A stretch of 64,000 bases of DNA, taken from positions 8,877 through 72,876 of the forward strand of contig DATCBY010000072.1 in the NCBI GenBank assembly GCA_036511595.1, in the 5' to 3' direction. Both the position numbers and the translations under genes were made by a program. The DNA is from Bauldia sp. GTDB lineage: Bacteria; Pseudomonadota; Alphaproteobacteria; Rhizobiales; Kaistiaceae. Below the pieces are notes generated by a model. It saw only the letters and a program-made list of their open reading frames with translations, made no database searches and was not told the DNA's origin. Of the stretch, positions 38,984-51,128 are shown one piece after another. Position 1 is the first letter of the stretch. Each line of letters begins with the position of its first letter.

Positions 38984-40347
38984 TGGCTGATCGAGCCGGC
39001 GCCAAGGTTGACTACCGTGTCGCCCGGTCGCGCGATTGACGCAATGAGCGGCGCCAGCGCGTCGGGTCCTTCCAGTGCGCGCACGTCTCGATGGCCACGC
39101 AGCCGAAGACCGTTGACCAGGGCGTCGCGGTCGATTCCCGGGATAGCCGCTTCACCCGCTGCATAAACCGGAGCAACGATCACCGTGTCAGCATCGTTGA
39201 AGCCGGTCGAGAACTGGTCGAAGAGATCGCGAAGACGCGTATACCGGTGCGGCTGCACGACCGCGATGATGTGGCCACTGGTCACCGAGCGCGCCGCCTT
39301 CAAGACGGCCGCGATCTCGACGGGGTGATGACCGTAGTCGTCGATGATCTCGACGCCATTCCACGCGCCAGTCCGGGTGAACCGGCGCTTGACCCCGCCG
39401 AAGCCGGCAAGTCCGGCAGCGATGGCGGTCTGGGACACACCGAGATGATGCGCGACCGCGATAGCACCCGTGGCATTCTCGACATTATGTTCGCCGGGCA
39501 TGGAGATGGCGAGATTCTCGATCACCGTGGCCGTGCCGGCGCCACGATCGCGGATAAGCACGGTAAACATCGGCCTGCGGTTCTCGATGCGCAGATCGGT
39601 ATAGCGCACATCAGCCTGCGGACTTTTGCCGTAGGTGATCACTCGCCGGTCCTCGATATGCCCGATGAGTGCCTGCACTTCCGGATGATCGATGCACATC
39701 ACCGCAAAGCCATAAAAGGGGACGTTCTCGACGAATTGAAGAAACGCCTCGCGCACCTTCTCGAACGACCCGTAGTGATCGAGATGCTCCGGATCGATGT
39801 TGGTGACCAGCGCCACGTCGGCGGGCAACTTGATGAACGTGCCGTCGGACTCGTCAGCCTCGACCACCATCCAGTCGCTGGTGCCCATCCGGGCGTTGGT
39901 GCCGTACGCGTTGATGATGCCGCCATTGATGACGGTCGGATCGAAACCGCCGGCATCCAGCAGCGCCGCAACCATCGAGGTGGTCGTGGTCTTGCCATGC
40001 GTGCCCGCAACGGCGACCGCCTGCTTGAAACGCATCAGCTCGGCCAGCATCTCGGCGCGCCGGACGACGGGTAACAGGCGGGTGCGCGCGGCGACGAGTT
40101 CGGGATTATCACGCTTGATCGCGGAGGAAACGACGACGACTTTCGCTTCGCCGATATTTTCGGCACGATGGCCGATGGCGACGGGAATCCCGCGCTCCCG
40201 CAACCGCTGCACATTAGCGCTTTCCGCAATGTCCGATCCCTGCACCCGGTGGCCGAGATTGACGAGTACCTCGGCAATACCGCTCATGCCGATGCCACCG
40301 ATGCCGACGAAATGAACCGGCCCGATGTCTTCCTTGAGCATCTTCAT
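38935..40347 (-). CDS. murC: UDP-N-acetylmuramate--L-alanine ligase
   Basis: [18 protein letters not shown] and [11 protein letters not shown] (Mur ligase P-loop). 470 aa. Confidence 0.96.
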   Translation of the reverse strand: MKMLKEDIGPVHFVGIGGIGMSGIAEVLVNLGHRVQGSDIAESANVQRLRERGIPVAIGHRAENIGEAKVVVVSSAIKRDNPELVAARTRLLPVVRRAEMLAELMRFKQAVAVAGTHGKTTTTSMVAALLDAGGFDPTVINGGIINAYGTNARMGTSDWMVVEADESDGTFIKLPADVALVTNIDPEHLDHYGSFEKVREAFLQFVENVPFYGFAVMCIDHPEVQALIGHIEDRRVITYGKSPQADVRYTDLRIENRRPMFTVLIRDRGAGTATVIENLAISMPGEHNVENATGAIAVAHHLGVSQTAIAAGLAGFGGVKRRFTRTGAWNGVEIIDDYGHHPVEIAAVLKAARSVTSGHIIAVVQPHRYTRLRDLFDQFSTGFNDADTVIVAPVYAAGEAAIPGIDRDALVNGLRLRGHRDVRALEGPDALAPLIASIARPGDTVVNLGAGSISQWACALPDQLAKLRPS

Positions 40348-41438
40348 GACCGATTCCCTGCCACGTTCTCGACGGCGTCGGCAAGGCGCTCGGCTGCATC
40401 GGGCCTGCCGATCGAGCGGGCAGCTGCAGCCGCGCGCGCCAGGCTGTCGGGAGAAGCCGTGAAGGCGGCAATTTCATTGGCAAGGCGGGCAGGCGTCAGA
40501 TCCGACTGGTCGATCACCCAACCGCCGCCGGCGCCGGCCAGCACGCTGGCGTTTTCCTTCTGATCCTGATCGAGCGCGTGTGGAAGCGGCACGAGGATGG
40601 CGGGGCGGCCGATGACGGCAAGCTCGGCACAGGTGGAAGCGCCCGACCGGCAAACGACCAGATGGCTATTGGCAATACGCGCGGGCATGTCCGGGAAGAA
40701 CGGCGCCAGATCTGCCTGCACGCCCAAAAGATCGTAGCCCTGGCGGACACGGCCGATATCTTCCGGGCGGCATTGCTGGACTAAATGAAGGCGCCGCCGT
40801 GTTTCCTTGGCCAGCAGTGCGACCGTCGCTGGCATCAGATCGGAAAAGACGCGCGCCCCCTGGCTGCCTCCGAAGATCAGCAGTCGGAACGGATCGGGCG
40901 GTGTGCGCAACGGATAGGGCGTCCCGGCCGCGGCGCTAACCGCCGGGCGCACCGGGTTGCCGGTCAGCACGACCCGAGCCGCAAACGCCTCAGTCCCGCC
41001 GACGGTACCAAAGCTGGTCGCGATGCGGCCGACGCGGGAGGCAAGAAAACGGTTCGCACGACCCAGAACTGCGTTCTGCTCGTGAATCAGCGTCGGCACG
41101 CCGGCCAGAACTGCGGCCAGCATCGGCGGCACGGTCGGATAGCCGCCAAAGCCGACAACCGCTGCCGGTTCGATCCGCCCCATCAGCATGCGGGCGCGAA
41201 TGAAACCGCCGGCAAGCGTGAGGACCGCACGCGCGGCCGCCATCGGATCGCGGGTAATCGTCGCCGACTCGATGAGATGAATCTTCTCCGCTGGAAAATC
41301 ATTGCCGTAGCTTTCGACGCGGCGGTCGGTGGCCAAGTGCACGCGCCAGCCGCGCTTGGCGAGTGCCAGGGCCAGCGCTTCGGCAGGGAAAAGGTGACCA
41401 CCGGTGCCCCCGGCCGCGAGAAGAACGAGACCCGGCAC
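40344..41438 (-). CDS. murG: Undecaprenyldiphospho-muramoylpentapeptide beta-N-acetylglucosaminyltransferase
   Basis: [25 protein letters not shown] and [21 protein letters not shown]. The stop overlaps the murC start (ATGA). Confidence 0.96.
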   Translation of the reverse strand: MPGLVLLAAGGTGGHLFPAEALALALAKRGWRVHLATDRRVESYGNDFPAEKIHLIESATITRDPMAAARAVLTLAGGFIRARMLMGRIEPAAVVGFGGYPTVPPMLAAVLAGVPTLIHEQNAVLGRANRFLASRVGRIATSFGTVGGTEAFAARVVLTGNPVRPAVSAAAGTPYPLRTPPDPFRLLIFGGSQGARVFSDLMPATVALLAKETRRRLHLVQQCRPEDIGRVRQGYDLLGVQADLAPFFPDMPARIANSHLVVCRSGASTCAELAVIGRPAILVPLPHALDQDQKENASVLAGAGGGWVIDQSDLTPARLANEIAAFTASPDSLARAAAAARSIGRPDAAERLADAVENVAGNRS

Positions 41439-41446
41439 TCTTTTTC

Positions 41447-42607
41447 TCAGGCCAGACTGGCAGCAGGCGGCTGAACGTGGCCGACCGGTTTCGGCATTTT
41501 TCGTGGCTCCGGCCGTCGCCGCGTAAAGGCGAGCAGCAGGCCCATCCCGAAGCCGACCGCGATCATCGACGAACCGCCATAGGAGATGAAGGGCAGCGTC
41601 ATGCCTTTCGCCGGAATGAGGTTGAGATTAACCGACATGTTGATGATCGACTGCACTCCGAAGAGGACCACAAGACCGGCAGATGCCAACCGGACGAACG
41701 GATCCTCGCTCTGGGCGCTGCGCGACAGGCCGCGGAAGACGATCAGCGCGAAGACGGCAACCAGCAGCAGGCAACAGATGATGCCGAACTCCTCTGCACC
41801 GACCGCAAAGATGAAATCGGTGTGGGCGTCGGGCAGCACCCGTTTGACCATCCCCTCCCCCGGCCCTTGGCCGAACCAGCCGCCCCGAAGAATGGAGTCC
41901 AAAGCCTTGTCCACCTGAAACGTGTCGCCGGAAGCCGGAGATACGAAGCGATCGATGCGCGCCGCCACGTGCGGCAGCATCGTATAGGCGGCGAAGATCC
42001 CGCCGACGCCGATGGCGACCATCCCGGCGATCCAGAACCAGGACATTCCGGCAAGAAAGAAAAGCGCGCTCCACGAGATGAGCGTCAGCATGGTCTGTCC
42101 GAAATCGGGCTCGGCGATGAGCAGCGCCGCGACTATGGCGAGCAGGATCACCGCAAAGATGTCGCCGTGAATGTCTTTGCGCCGCCGGTTCTCGGCGAAC
42201 AGCCAGGCGACTGTGACGACGAATGCCGGCTTCATGAATTCAGACGGCTGGATGGAAAGCTCGCCGAAATTGATCCAGCGCCGTGCACCCTTGACGTCGA
42301 CGCCGAGGAACAGCGTCGCGAGCATGAGCACAAGCATGAGGAGCAGCACGATCAGCGAGGTGCGACGGGCGCGCTGCGGCGTGAGAAAGGAGGTACCGAT
42401 CATGACGGCCAGCGCCGGAAAGAAGAAGGCGACATGCCGCTTGACGAAGTGAAAGCTGTCGTAACCGAGACGTTCGGCCACCGCCGGGCTCCCCGCAAAG
42501 GACAGCACGACGCCAACAAGCATCAGTACGATGAGACCTCCAAGCAGGTATTTGTCGACGGTCCACCACCACTCGGCGAGAGCACTACGATCGGCGCGGC
42601 TAACCAT
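41447..42607 (-). CDS. ftsW: Peptidoglycan glycosyltransferase FtsW (SEDS family)
   Basis: 10-TM SEDS profile with SIQPSEFMKP, PDAHTDFIFA and LPFISYGGSSM. Confidence 0.95.
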   Translation of the reverse strand: MVSRADRSALAEWWWTVDKYLLGGLIVLMLVGVVLSFAGSPAVAERLGYDSFHFVKRHVAFFFPALAVMIGTSFLTPQRARRTSLIVLLLMLVLMLATLFLGVDVKGARRWINFGELSIQPSEFMKPAFVVTVAWLFAENRRRKDIHGDIFAVILLAIVAALLIAEPDFGQTMLTLISWSALFFLAGMSWFWIAGMVAIGVGGIFAAYTMLPHVAARIDRFVSPASGDTFQVDKALDSILRGGWFGQGPGEGMVKRVLPDAHTDFIFAVGAEEFGIICCLLLVAVFALIVFRGLSRSAQSEDPFVRLASAGLVVLFGVQSIINMSVNLNLIPAKGMTLPFISYGGSSMIAVGFGMGLLLAFTRRRPEPRKMPKPVGHVQPPAASLA

Positions 42608-44007
42608 CAGGCTGCCTCCCCTTGGCTGGTAACCCCGTTGAGCTGACGCACGAGCGTGCGGAAAGCGTCACCGCGCTGCTCGAAGTTCTTGAACTGGTCG
42701 TAAGACGCGCACGCCGGCGACAGCAGCACGGCGGGCTCGCCGCGCGGGTCGTCGGCCGCGTCGGCCGCGGCGGCATTTACGGCATTCTGCAGCGTGCCGC
42801 AGATGACATGCTTGACCTGATCGCCAAGCGTCTCAGAGAATTGCCTGGCGGCCTCCCCGATGAGGTAAGCCTTGACGATGCGCGGAAAGAAAGGGGCCAG
42901 GCGGCTGATGCCGCCTTCCTTGGGCTTGCCGCCCGCGATCCAGTAGATGCGCGAAAGGATGGCCAACGCTTTCGCGGTTGCGTCAGCATTGGTCGCCTTG
43001 GAATCGTTGATGAAGACGACCCGATCGCGCCGGCCAACCTCCTCGAAACGATGCGGCAGGCCAGGAAAGGATCGCAGCGCGCCGACGATCTCAGCGTCGC
43101 TGAGGCCGGCGGCACGAGCCACCGCGATAGCGGCCGCAGCATTCTGCGCGTTGTGAGAACCGCGAAGCGTGCCAACGCCGGCAAGTGTAGCGATCTTGCC
43201 GGATGCCCCGTTGGCGGCGACGAAAAGATCGGCGCCCTCGGCATAGACGCCGTCGGCGAGCGGACGGCGGGCGGAGACGCGAACAACCGTCTTGCCGGAT
43301 CGCGCCAGACGGTCGGCGATCGACTGGCACCATTCGTCGTCGACCGCGATGACCGCGATGTCGGCCTGTGCCACCAGCCGCTCCTTGATACGGGCGTAGG
43401 CGGCCGTGGTGCCGTGCCGATCGAGATGATCAGGCGTCAGATTGAGCAGGACGCCTATGGATGGGTTGAGGCTGGGCGCCAGATCGATCTGGAAGGACGA
43501 GCACTCGATGACGTGGTAGCTGCCCGTGCGCGGCGGTTCCAGCGACAGAACCGGTTTGCCGATGTTGCCGCCCAGTTCCACCTCGCGGCCGGTAGCTGAC
43601 AGTATGTGAGCGATAAGCGCCGTCGTCGTCGACTTGCCGTTGGTGCCGGTAATGGCGACGAACGGCGCATTGGGCACGTTGCGCTTCCGCTCACGGCAAA
43701 ATAGTTCGATATCGCCGATGACTTCGATGCCGGCGGCCCGGGCGCTGACCACCGGCCACGCCGGCTTCGGATGGGTGAGCGGGACGCCCGGCGCCAGCAC
43801 AAGCGCGGCAAAGCCCTGCCAATCCGCGATCCGCAGATCCTCGATCGGCCAGCCGGCGTTCTTTGCAGCGGCAACGGTGGCGGGATTGTCGTCGAACGCG
43901 GCAACCGTCGCGCCCCCGGCGGCCAATGCCTCGACTGTCGCGCGCCCGCTGTCGCCAAGGCCGAAGACGGCCACGTTCTGTCCGCGGAAGCTGGTAACGG
44001 GAATCAT
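42607..44007 (-). CDS. murD: UDP-N-acetylmuramoylalanine--D-glutamate ligase
   Basis: [12 protein letters not shown] (Rossmann-like N-domain) and [13 protein letters not shown]. 466 aa. Confidence 0.96.
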   Translation of the reverse strand: MIPVTSFRGQNVAVFGLGDSGRATVEALAAGGATVAAFDDNPATVAAAKNAGWPIEDLRIADWQGFAALVLAPGVPLTHPKPAWPVVSARAAGIEVIGDIELFCRERKRNVPNAPFVAITGTNGKSTTTALIAHILSATGREVELGGNIGKPVLSLEPPRTGSYHVIECSSFQIDLAPSLNPSIGVLLNLTPDHLDRHGTTAAYARIKERLVAQADIAVIAVDDEWCQSIADRLARSGKTVVRVSARRPLADGVYAEGADLFVAANGASGKIATLAGVGTLRGSHNAQNAAAAIAVARAAGLSDAEIVGALRSFPGLPHRFEEVGRRDRVVFINDSKATNADATAKALAILSRIYWIAGGKPKEGGISRLAPFFPRIVKAYLIGEAARQFSETLGDQVKHVICGTLQNAVNAAAADAADDPRGEPAVLLSPACASYDQFKNFEQRGDAFRTLVRQLNGVTSQGEAA

Positions 44008-44014
44008 CGCGGCA

Positions 44015-45100
44015 TCACCGGAGTTTCAGCGTCGACAGGCCGATGAGCGCCAGCAGCACGGCAACGATCCAGAAGCGGATCACGATTTGCGCCTCGGTCC
44101 AGCCGAGCGCCTCGAAATGATGATGAATCGGTGCCATGCGGAAGACGCGCTTGCCGGTCAACTTGAACGAGGCGACCTGGATGATCACCGACACAGCCTC
44201 CAGCACAAACAGGCCGCCGACGATGGCCAGCACCACTTCCTGCTTGGTAGCAACCGCGACCGCGCCGAGCATCCCGCCGAGCGCCAGAGAGCCGGTGTCG
44301 CCCATGAAGATGGCGGCAGGCGGCGCATTGAACCAGAGGAAACCTAGCCCGGCGCCAACCAACGTCCCGCAGACAACTGCCAACTCGCCCGTCCCAGGTA
44401 CGGGGTGGATCTGCAGGTAGTCGGCGAAGACGGCATTGCCGGACAGATAGGCGATGAAGGCGAAGCTGGCCGCTGCGATCATGACAGGGACGATGGCGAG
44501 ACCGTCGAGCCCATCCGTAAGGTTCACGGCATTGCCCGCGCCCACGATAACGAACGCCGCCACCGGAATGAACAGCCAGCCGAGGTTGACGACGAGTTCC
44601 TTGAAGAAAGGAAAGGTCAGCGAGGTCGCCAGCTCCGGCGTAGCGATCCGCGTCAACGAAACCGCGGCGATGAGCGCGATCCCCGCCTCAATGGCGAGGC
44701 GCGCGCGACCCGAATAGCCGGAGTTCGTGGCCTTGGCGACCTTGAGGTAATCATCGTAGAGGCCGACGGCACCGAAGCCGATTGTGACAAACAGGACAAC
44801 CCAGACATACGGATTGGCAAGGTTCGCCCACAACAGTGTCGTCACCACCAGGCCCGAAAGGATCATCAGGCCGCCCATCGTGGGCGTGCCCTTCTTCGTG
44901 AGCAGATGGTTCTGCGGACCGTCGACACGGATGGGCTGGCCCTTGCCCTGGCGCACGCGCAGCGTCGCAATGATGGTTGGCCCGAACAGGAAAACGAAGA
45001 GGAGCGCCGTCACGGTCGCGCCGGCCGTCCGGAAAGTAATGTACCGAAAGACGTTGAGGACGGTGGCGTGTTCGCCAAACTGGCTGAAGTAATAGAGCAT
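44015..45100 (-). CDS. mraY: Phospho-N-acetylmuramoyl-pentapeptide-transferase
   Basis: [26 protein letters not shown] and [11 protein letters not shown]. 361 aa, 10 TM segments. Confidence 0.97.
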   Translation of the reverse strand: MLYYFSQFGEHATVLNVFRYITFRTAGATVTALLFVFLFGPTIIATLRVRQGKGQPIRVDGPQNHLLTKKGTPTMGGLMILSGLVVTTLLWANLANPYVWVVLFVTIGFGAVGLYDDYLKVAKATNSGYSGRARLAIEAGIALIAAVSLTRIATPELATSLTFPFFKELVVNLGWLFIPVAAFVIVGAGNAVNLTDGLDGLAIVPVMIAAASFAFIAYLSGNAVFADYLQIHPVPGTGELAVVCGTLVGAGLGFLWFNAPPAAIFMGDTGSLALGGMLGAVAVATKQEVVLAIVGGLFVLEAVSVIIQVASFKLTGKRVFRMAPIHHHFEALGWTEAQIVIRFWIVAVLLALIGLSTLKLR

Positions 45101-46552
45101 CTAGGCGGTTTCCTGCTCCTGCCTGTCGTCAACCGCCGAAGTGGCAAAGCGGCTCTTGAGGGAATCCACCAGATCGCCCATGCGGCTGGCATTGGAGCCT
45201 TTGACCATGATCACGTCTCCCGGCGCCAGTGCGCTGAGAACGAGGGGTTCAAGCTCGGCGGCCGTCTCGGCATAGCCGCCCCGCTGCGCCCCGGGAAGTA
45301 CATCCCAAAGCGACTGCATCAGCGGGCCCGCAGCAAACACGAGGTCAATCTTCGCCGCCTCAAGGTTCTCGGCCAATGCGGCATGCATTTTCGGACCTTC
45401 CTTGCCGAGCTCGCGCATGTCGCCGAGAACAGCGATACGGCGCCCCCGTTTTGTGGGCAGCGCCTGGCCCAAAAGCGCCATAGCGGCGCGCATGGAAGCC
45501 GGATTGGCGTTGTAGCTCTCATCGATCAGCGTGGCGCCACCTTTCCGGAAGTCTAGACGATGACGTTCGCCCCTGCCCTTCGGCGCACGAAGCTCCGACA
45601 GCGCCAGCAGCGCCTTGGCGAGATCGGCGCCAAGCAATGAGACAGCGCCCAGCACAGCAAGGCTGTTCTGGACAAGGTGGCGCCCTGGCGCGCCGAGCTT
45701 GTAGGATACCTTCTCGCCAAGAATGCTAGCCGAGACGCAGCTGCAGTCGGGCCTGAGACTCAGCGCTTCCAGATGCAACTCGGCCTTTGCATGCTCGCCA
45801 AAGCCAACGATGCGCTCGACACCGGCGGCGCGCGCCAGCTTTGCGAGCAGCGTGTAGTGCGGATTGTCGCGGTTGATGACAGCGGTCCCGCCTTCCTCGA
45901 TACCGGAGAAGATTTCCGCCTTGGCCCGGGCAATGGCTTTCACGTCCTTGAAGGATTCGAGGTGGACCGGCTCGACGGTGGTGACGATAGCCACTTGGGG
46001 CCGCAACAGTTTGACCAGCGGCTCGATCTCGCCGGCGCGGCTCATGCCGACCTCGAAGACGCCGTAGTTTGCCGACGACGACAAGCGCGCCAGCGAGAGC
46101 GGAACGCCCCAGTGATTGTTGAAGGATGCCGGCGAGTAGTGAACGATGCCGTCGGGCGCCAGCGCGCTTGCCAACATTTCCTTGGTGCTGGTTTTGCCGA
46201 CGCTGCCGGTGATGGCAACAATGCCGGCGAAACTCCGCGCGCGCGCCGCCGCCGCCAAGGCACGCAGCGCATCCATGACATCGTCCACGATGGTGAGAGA
46301 ACCTTTGGTCCGACCAAGTCCGGCGAGATGGCTGTCGGCCACGACCGCCGTGACGGCACCGCGCGCCAGCGCGCTTGCGGCGAAGGCATGGCCGTCGAAG
46401 TTGGCGCCCTTGATCGCGAAGAACGCTTCGCCGGGCTCCACGGTCCGGCTATCGATCGAGATGCCGGTGATGGATTCCGGCCTGGCGCCAAGCGGCCGCG
46501 CCTTCATAGCGCCGAGGAACGCGTCGTAGGTCCAGAGAAATTCGGCACTCAT
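45101..46552 (-). CDS. murF: UDP-N-acetylmuramoyl-tripeptide--D-alanyl-D-alanine ligase
   Basis: ISIDSRTVEPGEAFFAIKG, ITGSVGKTSTKEM and DESYNANP. Confidence 0.95.
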   Translation of the reverse strand: MSAEFLWTYDAFLGAMKARPLGARPESITGISIDSRTVEPGEAFFAIKGANFDGHAFAASALARGAVTAVVADSHLAGLGRTKGSLTIVDDVMDALRALAAAARARSFAGIVAITGSVGKTSTKEMLASALAPDGIVHYSPASFNNHWGVPLSLARLSSSANYGVFEVGMSRAGEIEPLVKLLRPQVAIVTTVEPVHLESFKDVKAIARAKAEIFSGIEEGGTAVINRDNPHYTLLAKLARAAGVERIVGFGEHAKAELHLEALSLRPDCSCVSASILGEKVSYKLGAPGRHLVQNSLAVLGAVSLLGADLAKALLALSELRAPKGRGERHRLDFRKGGATLIDESYNANPASMRAAMALLGQALPTKRGRRIAVLGDMRELGKEGPKMHAALAENLEAAKIDLVFAAGPLMQSLWDVLPGAQRGGYAETAAELEPLVLSALAPGDVIMVKGSNASRMGDLVDSLKSRFATSAVDDRQEQETA

Positions 46553-48000
46553 GCCGCCTCCTCGGCTAACGCCGCGTGGATCGCATCGCGATCGGAAAAC
46601 GCGATGGTCCGCTCACCGACGATCTGACCTGTCTCATGGCCCTTGCCGGCGACACAAAGAACATCGCCCGCCTCGAGCATCGCGACGGCGCGGCGAATGG
46701 CCTCGCCACGATCGCCGATTTCTATGGCATCCGGGGCCGCGGCGGCGATCGCCTTGCGAATGGCCCCGGCGTTCTCGAAGCGCGGATTGTCGTCGGTCAC
46801 GAAGACAACGTCGGCGTTGGCCGCGGCTGCGCGCCCCATGAGCGGGCGCTTGCCGGCGTCGCGATTGCCGCCGGCACCGAAGACCACGACGAGGCGGCCG
46901 GCCGTCATTGGACGCAACGCCCTCAGCACCGTCACGAGAGCGTCGGGCTTATGAGCGTAGTCAATAAAGACCATGGCGCCATCAGCCTTGCGGCCGACGA
47001 GTTCCAGCCGGCCGGGAGCACCGTTGAGCTGCTCCACCGCGTCAAAGACGGCGTCAGCAGCGATGCCGGTGGCAATCGCGAGCCCGGCGGCGACCAAGGC
47101 ATTCGACGCCTGGAAAGCGCCCGCAAGCGGCAGGAGGATGCCGCGCTCCCTGCCGAACGCCCGGAGCACCAGCCGCTGACGGAATTCATCGGGGATGAGA
47201 TCGAGGAGTCTAATCTCTTCTCCGGCCCTGCCAACGCGAATAAAGGCCAAATCGCGCTCGGCCGCCTCCTCCTCAACGGCGCCGGCGCGCGCGCCATCCA
47301 TATCGATGACCGCGGTTCCGGTGGCCGGCAGCACGACCGTAAAGAGCCGCATCTTGGCCGCCAGATAGTCTTCCACGGTCGGGTGATAGTCCATGTGATC
47401 GCGTCCGAGATTTGTGAACGCCGCTGCCTCGATGCGAAGGCCATCGGTGCGCCGCTGGTCCAGCCCCTGGCTGGAGGCTTCAACTACCGCATGGGTGATT
47501 CCGGCAGCCGCAAGGCTATTGAGTTCCTTGTGCAGCGCCACCGGATCGGGCGTAGTCATCGTGCCATAGGCCGTACCGCGCGAGGTGACCGAGCCCAACG
47601 TGCCTATACTCGCCGCCGCGTGGCCGGTGAGCGCAAAAATCTGACGGGTGAAATCGGCAACCGACGTCTTGCCGCTGGTGCCGGTTACGGCAACCAGATG
47701 GGGCGGCTGCCGGGGATGAAACTTCGCCGCCATCAGAGCGAGCGCCCGGCGCGGGTCTGCGGCGCGCAACACCGGAACTATGTCAGGAACGTCGGCATCG
47801 CGTCCGGCCACGATCGCCGAAGCACCGCGCCGGATTGCTTCGCCGGCAAAGCGAGCGCCGTCGGTGGTTGTGCCCGGCAGCGCCGCAAACAGGAAACCCG
47901 GCGCAACGGCGCGACTGTCCGCCGACATCCCGGTGATGTCTATTGCGCCAGCACCCGCGGGCAAACCCACGTCGGCCGGAACCAGATCCCCCAATTGCAT
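46549..48000 (-). CDS. murE: UDP-N-acetylmuramoyl-L-alanyl-D-glutamate--2,6-diaminopimelate ligase
   Basis: MSADSRAVAPGFLFAAL, VTGTSGKTSVADF and a DNPR-type block (TDDNPRFE) consistent with meso-DAP specificity. Confidence 0.95.
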   Translation of the reverse strand: MQLGDLVPADVGLPAGAGAIDITGMSADSRAVAPGFLFAALPGTTTDGARFAGEAIRRGASAIVAGRDADVPDIVPVLRAADPRRALALMAAKFHPRQPPHLVAVTGTSGKTSVADFTRQIFALTGHAAASIGTLGSVTSRGTAYGTMTTPDPVALHKELNSLAAAGITHAVVEASSQGLDQRRTDGLRIEAAAFTNLGRDHMDYHPTVEDYLAAKMRLFTVVLPATGTAVIDMDGARAGAVEEEAAERDLAFIRVGRAGEEIRLLDLIPDEFRQRLVLRAFGRERGILLPLAGAFQASNALVAAGLAIATGIAADAVFDAVEQLNGAPGRLELVGRKADGAMVFIDYAHKPDALVTVLRALRPMTAGRLVVVFGAGGNRDAGKRPLMGRAAAANADVVFVTDDNPRFENAGAIRKAIAAAAPDAIEIGDRGEAIRRAVAMLEAGDVLCVAGKGHETGQIVGERTIAFSDRDAIHAALAEEAA

Positions 48001-48059
48001 TGCTGTCGCCGAAGCCCGGTTGTGCGTTTTAGTAAGCTTCGCCCTGCCGGCTCGATCTC

Positions 48060-49763
48060 CTAGTTCGAGACCATCTGGGCGCTCAAAGTTGCGTCGTCGC
48101 GCGGCTCGACCCCGAGCAGCGCCGCCGAGCGGCGGATGATGGCCCCGACAGTCGGCGCGGCATTCGACCCGGCAGTACTTCCCCCACCCTGTTTCTCAGC
48201 CTGCGGATCGTCAAGCACGACTAGAACCACGTACTGCGGATTGTCGATCGGGAAGGCGGCGAGGAATGAATTGAGCCGCTTATTGGCGGAATAACGACCA
48301 TTCTCGACTTTTTGGGCAGTGCCGGTCTTCCCGCCGACCATATAGCCGGGAACATCCGCCGCCCGACCCGAACCTTTTTCGACGTTGAGACGGAAAAGAT
48401 AACGCAGTTGGTCGCTTGTCGACGGCTTTACTACCTGGACTGCCAGAGCCTTGGCCGCCGCCTCCGTCCGCGGCTCGAAGGTCGGCGGAATCAGGTGACC
48501 ACCGTTGACCAGAGCCACATCGGCGACCGCCGTCTGCATTGGAGTGACCGCAATCCCCTGGCCGAAAGCGACCTGCATCGCCGTCAGGTCGGTCCACTTA
48601 GGCGGCAAGATCGGGCTGGCGACCTCGGGCAAGTCGGTCTGCAAGCGCGTGAGCAGGCCAAAGCGGCGCAAATAGTCCTGCTGCACGTCCTTGCCGGCCT
48701 TCATTGCCATGTGCGCGGCGCCGATGTTGGACGAGAAGATGAATACCTCCGGCACCGTGAGTGGACGACCTTTCGGATGAAAGTCGTGAATAGTGAACTT
48801 GCCAACGTGAATGGGCCCGCTGGCGTCGATCACGTCGTTCATTTTCACCGCGCCCGAATCCAGTGCGAGGGCGAATGTGAAGCTCTTGAACACCGAACCA
48901 AGCTCGTAGGCGCCCGCGGTCATACGGTTCAGACGATCCGGCTGCTGTGCATCGACCGGATTGTTGGGGTCGTAGTCGGGAAGCGAGGCCATCGCCACCA
49001 CTTCACCGGTACGCGCGTTGAGCACTACCCCGGTTGCCGCCAACGCGTGGTAGCGTTGCATCGCGTCGGCAAGTTCGTCGCGCACGATGTGCTGGACCCG
49101 CAGATCAATCGAAAGAGTGACCGGCTGCACGTCCTCCGTACTGGCGAAGCCGGCGGCGTGAAGATCGGCGAGCCCGTGATCGTCAACGTACTTCTCGAAG
49201 CCGGCGATGCCTTGATTGTCCACGTTGACGAGGCCGACGAGATGGGCGGCCGTCGGGCCGCCCGGATAGAAGCGACGGCTTTCCGACATGAAGCCGATGC
49301 CCGGAATGCCAAGCGCGTGAATCTGCTGCTGCTGTATCGGCGTGATCTCGCGCTTTACCCAAGCGAAGCCGGCGTCGCCGGCGAGCTTTTTGCGAAGGGC
49401 CGCAGCATCCAGGTCGGGCAGCACGCTGGTGATAAGCTCTGTCGCCTCGTCCGGATCGAGAATGTTGCGCGGCTCGGCAAAGAGCGACGCCATCTTGATG
49501 TCGGTGGCAAGGATTTGGCCGTTGCGATCCACCAGGTCGGGACGTGCTGAAGCGACGATGGCATTCGGATCGCTGACGCCGCCGCCCAAAGTCGTTGGGG
49601 CGAGGCCGAACATGACCAGTCGGAAGATAACTACCAGGAATGCAAGGAGAAAGGCGAGCGCCGCCACCCGAACGCGGCCGCGCATGTCGTCGCGCGGGAC
49701 CGCCACGGGCGGCGAGGTGGGGCTGGCCGTCGGGCGAAAGGGCGGAAGCACGAAATCCGTCAT
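48060..49763 (-). CDS. ftsI: Peptidoglycan D,D-transpeptidase FtsI (PBP3)
   Basis: N-terminal TM, then SVFK (SxxK), SSN (SxN) and KTGTA (KTG) in the correct order. 567 aa. Confidence 0.95.
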   Translation of the reverse strand: MTDFVLPPFRPTASPTSPPVAVPRDDMRGRVRVAALAFLLAFLVVIFRLVMFGLAPTTLGGGVSDPNAIVASARPDLVDRNGQILATDIKMASLFAEPRNILDPDEATELITSVLPDLDAAALRKKLAGDAGFAWVKREITPIQQQQIHALGIPGIGFMSESRRFYPGGPTAAHLVGLVNVDNQGIAGFEKYVDDHGLADLHAAGFASTEDVQPVTLSIDLRVQHIVRDELADAMQRYHALAATGVVLNARTGEVVAMASLPDYDPNNPVDAQQPDRLNRMTAGAYELGSVFKSFTFALALDSGAVKMNDVIDASGPIHVGKFTIHDFHPKGRPLTVPEVFIFSSNIGAAHMAMKAGKDVQQDYLRRFGLLTRLQTDLPEVASPILPPKWTDLTAMQVAFGQGIAVTPMQTAVADVALVNGGHLIPPTFEPRTEAAAKALAVQVVKPSTSDQLRYLFRLNVEKGSGRAADVPGYMVGGKTGTAQKVENGRYSANKRLNSFLAAFPIDNPQYVVLVVLDDPQAEKQGGGSTAGSNAAPTVGAIIRRSAALLGVEPRDDATLSAQMVSN

Positions 49764-50104
49764 CGCGCCGCCGCCCGCTCCGGCGCCTTGGCGGCGCCGC
49801 CGAGAGCATCAGGTACGGGACGCAACGGAATTTGGTCAATAGTGGCAATCTGTGTCGGTGAGAAGGGCTGAAGTTGGAAGTGGTCGGCGTACTTCTGCAC
49901 AACGGCTTGCAAACGGCTTGGCTGTGTCAGCAGGCTCCACTCCGCCCTGAGCAGCGCCGAGGCATCCTTGTCCTTGGCAATGTCGGCTTCCAGACGGGCG
50001 TTACGGTCAGCGGCAAGTTCGGCCTTGTGCTTCATGTCGTAGGTGACGGCGACGCCGATGATCATCGCGGTCAGCAGCACGAAGTTGAGGATGCGGCGTA
50101 ACAT
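49760..50104 (-). CDS. ftsL: Cell division protein FtsL (alphaproteobacterial type)
   Basis: 114 aa with one TM (ILNFVLLTAMIIGVAVTY) followed by a coiled coil (AELAADRNARLEADIAKDKDA). It sits between rsmH and ftsI. I trimmed the start to MLRRILNF (ATG 50102-04). Confidence 0.85.
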   Translation of the reverse strand: MLRRILNFVLLTAMIIGVAVTYDMKHKAELAADRNARLEADIAKDKDASALLRAEWSLLTQPSRLQAVVQKYADHFQLQPFSPTQIATIDQIPLRPVPDALGGAAKAPERAAAR

Positions 50105-50108
50105 GGAG

Positions 50109-51128
50109 CTAGACACTCCCCGGCTGGAAATACGGCACCGAGGGCACGCCAATCGCCGCAGCATCCAATTGCCGCCACGGCGCCATCGTGCGGCGTGCCG
50201 CGCGCAGCCGCGCCGATCGCGCCCGTGGATTATGCCGGACTTCGTTCTCGTCGGGCTCGACGGCGCCGCGCGTGAGTGGTTCGAACGTCGGCGGTGCAAC
50301 CGCGGCTTCCGGTGCGTGACGCGAGCCGGTCGGCCGGACGGCTGAACGGTCTGCAAGGAAGCGTTTCACGATGCGATCTTCCAGCGAATGGAAGGAAACC
50401 ACCACCAGCCGACCCCCCTCTCGCAGTATCCGTTCGGAGGCGGCGAGCGCTTCGGCCAATTCATCCAGTTCGCGGTTGATGAAAATTCGGAGCGCCTGAA
50501 AGGTGCGCGTAGCCGGATGGATCTTGTCAGCTCCGCCACGGCCAATGGCCTTGGCGACGATTTCCGCAAGCTCGGTGGTAGTGGCGATCGGCCCGCCGCT
50601 CCGGGCCCGGTCGATGGCAGCGGCAACCAGCCGCGCTTTCTTCTCTTCTCCCAGCACCGCGATGATGCGGGCAAGATCGCTGCGCTCCATCCCATTGACC
50701 ACATCCGCGGCAGTCGGTCCGTCATTGCCCATACGCATGTCGAGCGGCCCTTCCGCGCGGAATGAAAAGCCGCGTTCGGCGTTGTCGAGCTGCATGGAAG
50801 AAACGCCGACATCGAGTACAACGCCGTCGACGCGCTCATGGCCGTGAGCGCGCACAATCTCGTCGAGATCGGAGAAGCGGCCCTCGACCAGAGTCAATCG
50901 CTCGTGCGATTGTGCGGCGGCGATGGCGCCAGGATCGCGATCGATGGCAATGACCGACGCGCCCGTTTTCAGGATCGCAGAAGTGTACCCGCCGGCGCCA
51001 AACGTGCCGTCAACGAAAATGCCACCGGCGACAGGCGCGAGGAAACCCAAAGCCTCCTCGATGAGAACCGGAACATGGCGAGCCAGTCCGCCAGCGACAC
51101 CGCCGCCCGGTGTGCCGCGACCCTCCAT
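50109..51128 (-). CDS. rsmH: 16S rRNA (cytosine1402-N4)-methyltransferase
   Basis: [29 protein letters not shown] and [13 protein letters not shown]. The start is at MEGRGTPGG (ATG 51126-28), with a 1-nt overlap on the mraZ stop. The 219 upstream track codons overlap mraZ out of frame. Confidence 0.93.
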   Translation of the reverse strand: MEGRGTPGGGVAGGLARHVPVLIEEALGFLAPVAGGIFVDGTFGAGGYTSAILKTGASVIAIDRDPGAIAAAQSHERLTLVEGRFSDLDEIVRAHGHERVDGVVLDVGVSSMQLDNAERGFSFRAEGPLDMRMGNDGPTAADVVNGMERSDLARIIAVLGEEKKARLVAAAIDRARSGGPIATTTELAEIVAKAIGRGGADKIHPATRTFQALRIFINRELDELAEALAASERILREGGRLVVVSFHSLEDRIVKRFLADRSAVRPTGSRHAPEAAVAPPTFEPLTRGAVEPDENEVRHNPRARSARLRAARRTMAPWRQLDAAAIGVPSVPYFQPGSV